From NCBI GenBank assembly GCA_964407905.1, contig CAYOXJ010000001.1, positions 25,752 through 60,744 on the forward strand: a stretch of 34,993 nucleotides of DNA, read 5' to 3'. Below, piece after piece: positions 32,013 through 34,993 of the stretch. This stretch comes from an uncultured Thermoplasmata archaeon. Lineage in GTDB: Archaea; Thermoplasmatota; Thermoplasmata; UBA10834. Position 1 is the stretch's first letter. Every line of letters begins with the position of its first letter. The position numbers and the translations under genes were made by a program. The notes beneath the pieces are model-generated. The model had not been told where the DNA came from. It did not search any database and saw only the letters and a list, made by a program, of their open reading frames with translations.

Positions 32013-34993
32013 GCCTTGGCTTCCTCCTGCTCAAGCTCCTTCCTGAGCGCAGCTTCTATCATCGTGAGTATCTGTTCTGTCTTGAAGTGCTTCGGCCTTA
32101 TCGCGCGGGAGCAGCAAGCGACTGCACATGATCCGCAGCCCTTGCAGAGAGCCTCGTTGATCTTCGACTTGAACACCCCTGGAGCGACCTCCTCGACCCG
32201 TGGCGCTCCGTACTCGCAGATCTCCTCACACCTGCCGCAGGCGATGCACTTCTCCTCGTCGACGACGCTCACGACGCCCTCGGCCTCGATGAAGGATTTC
32301 GACAGAACCGTGTTCACCCTTGCGGCTGCCGCAAGTGCCTGCGAGATGCTCTCGTCGATAAGCCTCGGCGAGTGCGCCAGTCCGCAGAGGAATATGCCAT
32401 CCGTGGCGAAGTCAATCGGCCTTAGCTTCATGTGCGCCTCGAGGAAGAACCCCTCCTTCGTCAGAGGCACCTTCAGCAACTTGGCCAGCTCACTGTTGTC
32501 TGGGTTTGGGTGCACCGCAGCGTTCAGGACCAGGTAGTCTGTCTTGATCTTGACGGGCTGTTCGATGAACTGTTCCTCGACTTCAACCATCACATGGTTG
32601 TGGTCCGCAGTCACCTTTGGCGGGGACGCGGGATCATATCTCAGGAATGTCACTCCAAGCCTCGCGGCCTCGTTGTAGTGTTCCTCTGCAAACCCATAGG
32701 TCCTGATGTCTCTGTAAAGCACGAACACGTTGGTGTTCGGATGCTCCGTCTTGATCTTGACTGCGTTGGCCATCGCTGTAGAGCAGCAGATTCGGGAGCA
32801 GCTCGGGTGCTCCTCGTTCCTGGAGCCAACACACTGTATGAACACGACGTTGTTGGCCTCGAACTTACCATCGTGCAAGAGCATTCCGAGGTCTGTCTGC
32901 TTGATGACCTTCGGGTGCTTTCCGTGCAAGTATTCGGTCGGGCTGTACTCGATCGCGCCTGTGGCCACAACAATGGCACCGTGCTTGATTTTCTCGCCGC
33001 TCTTGAGTGTCGTCTCGAAGTTGCCGATGTAGCCCTTGAGCTCCGCAACCTGGTCAGAAAGATGGATTTTGACATTCTTGTGATCTTCGAGGTCCTTCTT
33101 CAGTCTCTTGAGAGTGTCCTGCGGATCAACGCCAGCAAGGGTATGGTAGATGTTCTTGAGATGTCCACCAAGATCTCCGTCCTTGTCGACCAAATGCACT
33201 TCATAGCCAGCCTTTGCGATCTCCAGAGCGGCTGACATGCCGCTCAGCCCACCTCCGATCACAAGCGCGGACGGTGTCACAGGTATCTTTGGCTGAGGCA
33301 GGGGCTCGAGCATCGCGGCCTTCGCCACGGCCATGCGCACGAGGTCCTTCGACTTCTCTGTCGCCCTCTCGGGCTCCAGCCTATGCACCCACGAGCATTG
33401 ATCTCTGATGTTGGCCATCTCGAAGAGGTACTTGTTCAGGCCAGCCTCCCTTACTGTGTTCTGGAACAGGGGCTCGTGGGTCCTAGGAGTGCAGCTCGCG
33501 ACCACGACCCTGTTGAGGTCGTGCTTCTCGATCATCTCCTTGATCTTCTTCTGAGTGTCCTGTGAGCACGTGTACAGATTCCTCTCAGTGTACACCACGC
33601 GGGGAAGCTTTGAGGCGTACTCGACGACCTCTGGGACGTTCACAACTGCACCTATGTTTATGCCGCAGTGGCAGACGAACACGCCTATCCTCGGCTCCTT
33701 CTTGGAGACGTCCTTCTCCTCTGGATACTCCTTCTTCGTGACGAGCTTCCCGCGCTCCTCCGAGAGAAGAGCAGCGACCTTTCCGGCCGCTCCGCTGGCC
33801 TGCGCCACCGAGTCCGGGATATCCTTCGGGCCAGAGAATGCCCCGCAAACGAAAATCCCTGGCACCGAAGAATCCACGGGCGTCAGATCGTCCGTCTCGC
33901 AGAAACCAAACTTGTTGAGCTTGATTCCGAGGGTCCTGGCCATCGCCTCGGCGCTCGCAGGTGGCCTCGCTCCCGCAGAGAGGATGACCATGTCGAAGGT
34001 CTCCTCTAGGATTTCTGGACCCGAGTGATAGATGAGAACGAGCTCGTTGGTCTTGGGGTCCTCTTGGACCTTCGGGACCCTATTGTTCCTGCGAATGGTG
34101 ACGCCGTACTCGTTCTCTGCCCTGTTAAGGTACTCCTCGAACTCCTTTCCGAAGGCACGCGTGTCCATGAAGAATATGGTGGCCTTCAGACCAGGGACGT
34201 GCTCCTGGGCTATGACTGCCTGCTTCAGTGCAGCCATGCAGCAGTATGACGAGCAGTATGTGTTCGGCGTCTGAGCGTCCCTGGAACCGACGCACTGGAC
34301 GAAGGCGATCTTCCTTGGCACGTCGCCATCCGATGGCCTTATCACATGTCCTTCAGTCGGTCCAGAAGCACTCAACATCCGTTCGAACTCGATGTTTGTG
34401 AGAACGTTCGGGAACACGCCATGGCCGTACTCGACCTTCTTGGCAGCGTCGTAAACCTCGTATCCCGGGCTTATTATAATCGCGCCGACCTCGATGACCT
34501 CTTCCTTGTCAGGCTCCATGCTGTACTGGATTGCCTTGGCCTCGCAGAACTTCTCACAGACTCCGCAGCCGATGCAAAGGCCACGGTCTATCGTGTAGAT
34601 CAAAGGCACTGCCTGGGGGAAGGGCACATAGATCGCCTTGCTCGGAGCCATGTCCCTGTCAAATACGTTCGTTCCTTCGATGGGACAGTGCTCTGCGCAC
34701 ACTCCGCAGCCCGTGCACTTGTCCTCGAGGATGTACCTCGAGCGCCTTGAGAGCGTGACCTTGAAGTTGCCTGCCTCGCCCTCCACCTTCTTGAGTTCGG
34801 CATGGGTCAACATCGTGATGTTCTCGTGCCTGCCGGTCGCAACGAGCTTGGGCGAGAGAATGCACATGGAGCAGTCGTTGGTGGGGAAGGTCTTGTCGAG
34901 CTGGGCCATCGTCCCTCCGATGCTCGCTCCGGCCTCGAGGATGTAGACCTTGAACCCGGAGTCCGCGAGGTCCAGCGCAGCTTGCATTCCCGC
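32009..34993 (-). CDS. hdrA: Double-module HdrA-like flavoprotein, copy a (N-terminus truncated by the window edge)
   Basis: The frame is open to the window end (..AGMQAALDLADSG lies inside the Rossmann motif). It has DKTFPTNDCSMC, CTGCGVCAEHCP/CIGCGVCEKFC, RIGVFVCHCGINIGA, VIGGGLSGM, CVGSRNEEHPSCSRICC and CIACGRCEEIC/CKGCGSCAVACC. Confidence 0.9.
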   Translation of the reverse strand, partial: AGMQAALDLADSGFKVYILEAGASIGGTMAQLDKTFPTNDCSMCILSPKLVATGRHENITMLTHAELKKVEGEAGNFKVTLSRRSRYILEDKCTGCGVCAEHCPIEGTNVFDRDMAPSKAIYVPFPQAVPLIYTIDRGLCIGCGVCEKFCEAKAIQYSMEPDKEEVIEVGAIIISPGYEVYDAAKKVEYGHGVFPNVLTNIEFERMLSASGPTEGHVIRPSDGDVPRKIAFVQCVGSRDAQTPNTYCSSYCCMAALKQAVIAQEHVPGLKATIFFMDTRAFGKEFEEYLNRAENEYGVTIRRNNRVPKVQEDPKTNELVLIYHSGPEILEETFDMVILSAGARPPASAEAMARTLGIKLNKFGFCETDDLTPVDSSVPGIFVCGAFSGPKDIPDSVAQASGAAGKVAALLSEERGKLVTKKEYPEEKDVSKKEPRIGVFVCHCGINIGAVVNVPEVVEYASKLPRVVYTERNLYTCSQDTQKKIKEMIEKHDLNRVVVASCTPRTHEPLFQNTVREAGLNKYLFEMANIRDQCSWVHRLEPERATEKSKDLVRMAVAKAAMLEPLPQPKIPVTPSALVIGGGLSGMSAALEIAKAGYEVHLVDKDGDLGGHLKNIYHTLAGVDPQDTLKRLKKDLEDHKNVKIHLSDQVAELKGYIGNFETTLKSGEKIKHGAIVVATGAIEYSPTEYLHGKHPKVIKQTDLGMLLHDGKFEANNVVFIQCVGSRNEEHPSCSRICCSTAMANAVKIKTEHPNTNVFVLYRDIRTYGFAEEHYNEAARLGVTFLRYDPASPPKVTADHNHVMVEVEEQFIEQPVKIKTDYLVLNAAVHPNPDNSELAKLLKVPLTKEGFFLEAHMKLRPIDFATDGIFLCGLAHSPRLIDESISQALAAAARVNTVLSKSFIEAEGVVSVVDEEKCIACGRCEEICEYGAPRVEEVAPGVFKSKINEALCKGCGSCAVACCSRAIRPKHFKTEQILTMIEAALRKELEQEEAKA

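Noticed and set aside
18800-34993. Recurring ~60-100-nt conserved DNA blocks about every 3.5-4.3 kb, which might suggest a repeat array, a CRISPR-like structure or an assembly duplication.
   Set aside because: The blocks are the most conserved coding segments of four diverged paralogues, at about 80% identity locally and much lower elsewhere. No short regular repeat-spacer structure is present anywhere in the window.

Overview
This is an archaeal, euryarchaeote-like chromosomal window of about 55% GC by eye. Evidence for archaeal origin: two tRNA genes carry introns at the canonical 37/38 position, and archaemetzincin, a UPF0216 protein and Mvh/Hdr genes are present. The left 15 kb is mostly housekeeping. 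It holds a hisF-hisIE-PHP phosphatase operon, nikR, a UPF0216 protein, archaemetzincin and an orphan MttB-family methyltransferase with no pyrrolysine codon. It also holds tRNA-Glu(CUC), an acetamidase/formamidase, nadE divergent from a carbon-nitrogen hydrolase, and tRNA-Ser(GGA). Further right are a 1282-aa REC/PAS/GAF histidine kinase, two paralogous membrane proteins, mobA and hypE. The right 20 kb (14872-34993, all minus strand) is the notable part. It is a near-gapless array of four diverged paralogous modules. Each module encodes a ~1000-aa asymmetric 'double HdrA' (split into two genes in one copy) followed by an MvhD-type [2Fe-2S] protein. The MvhD partners differ between modules: one is fused to HdrC+HdrB, two are fused to a winged-helix-like extension, and one has that extension as a separate gene. 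The array ends in mvhG-mvhA ([NiFe] hydrogenase) and a maturation endopeptidase. Two small Cys-containing ORFs of unknown function sit inside the array. One is a 125-aa internally duplicated C-x4-C-x2-C-x4-C protein directly after the only HdrB. I saw no CRISPR array, transposase, integrase or rRNA. All homology calls rest on motif recognition by eye, and no database search was run.
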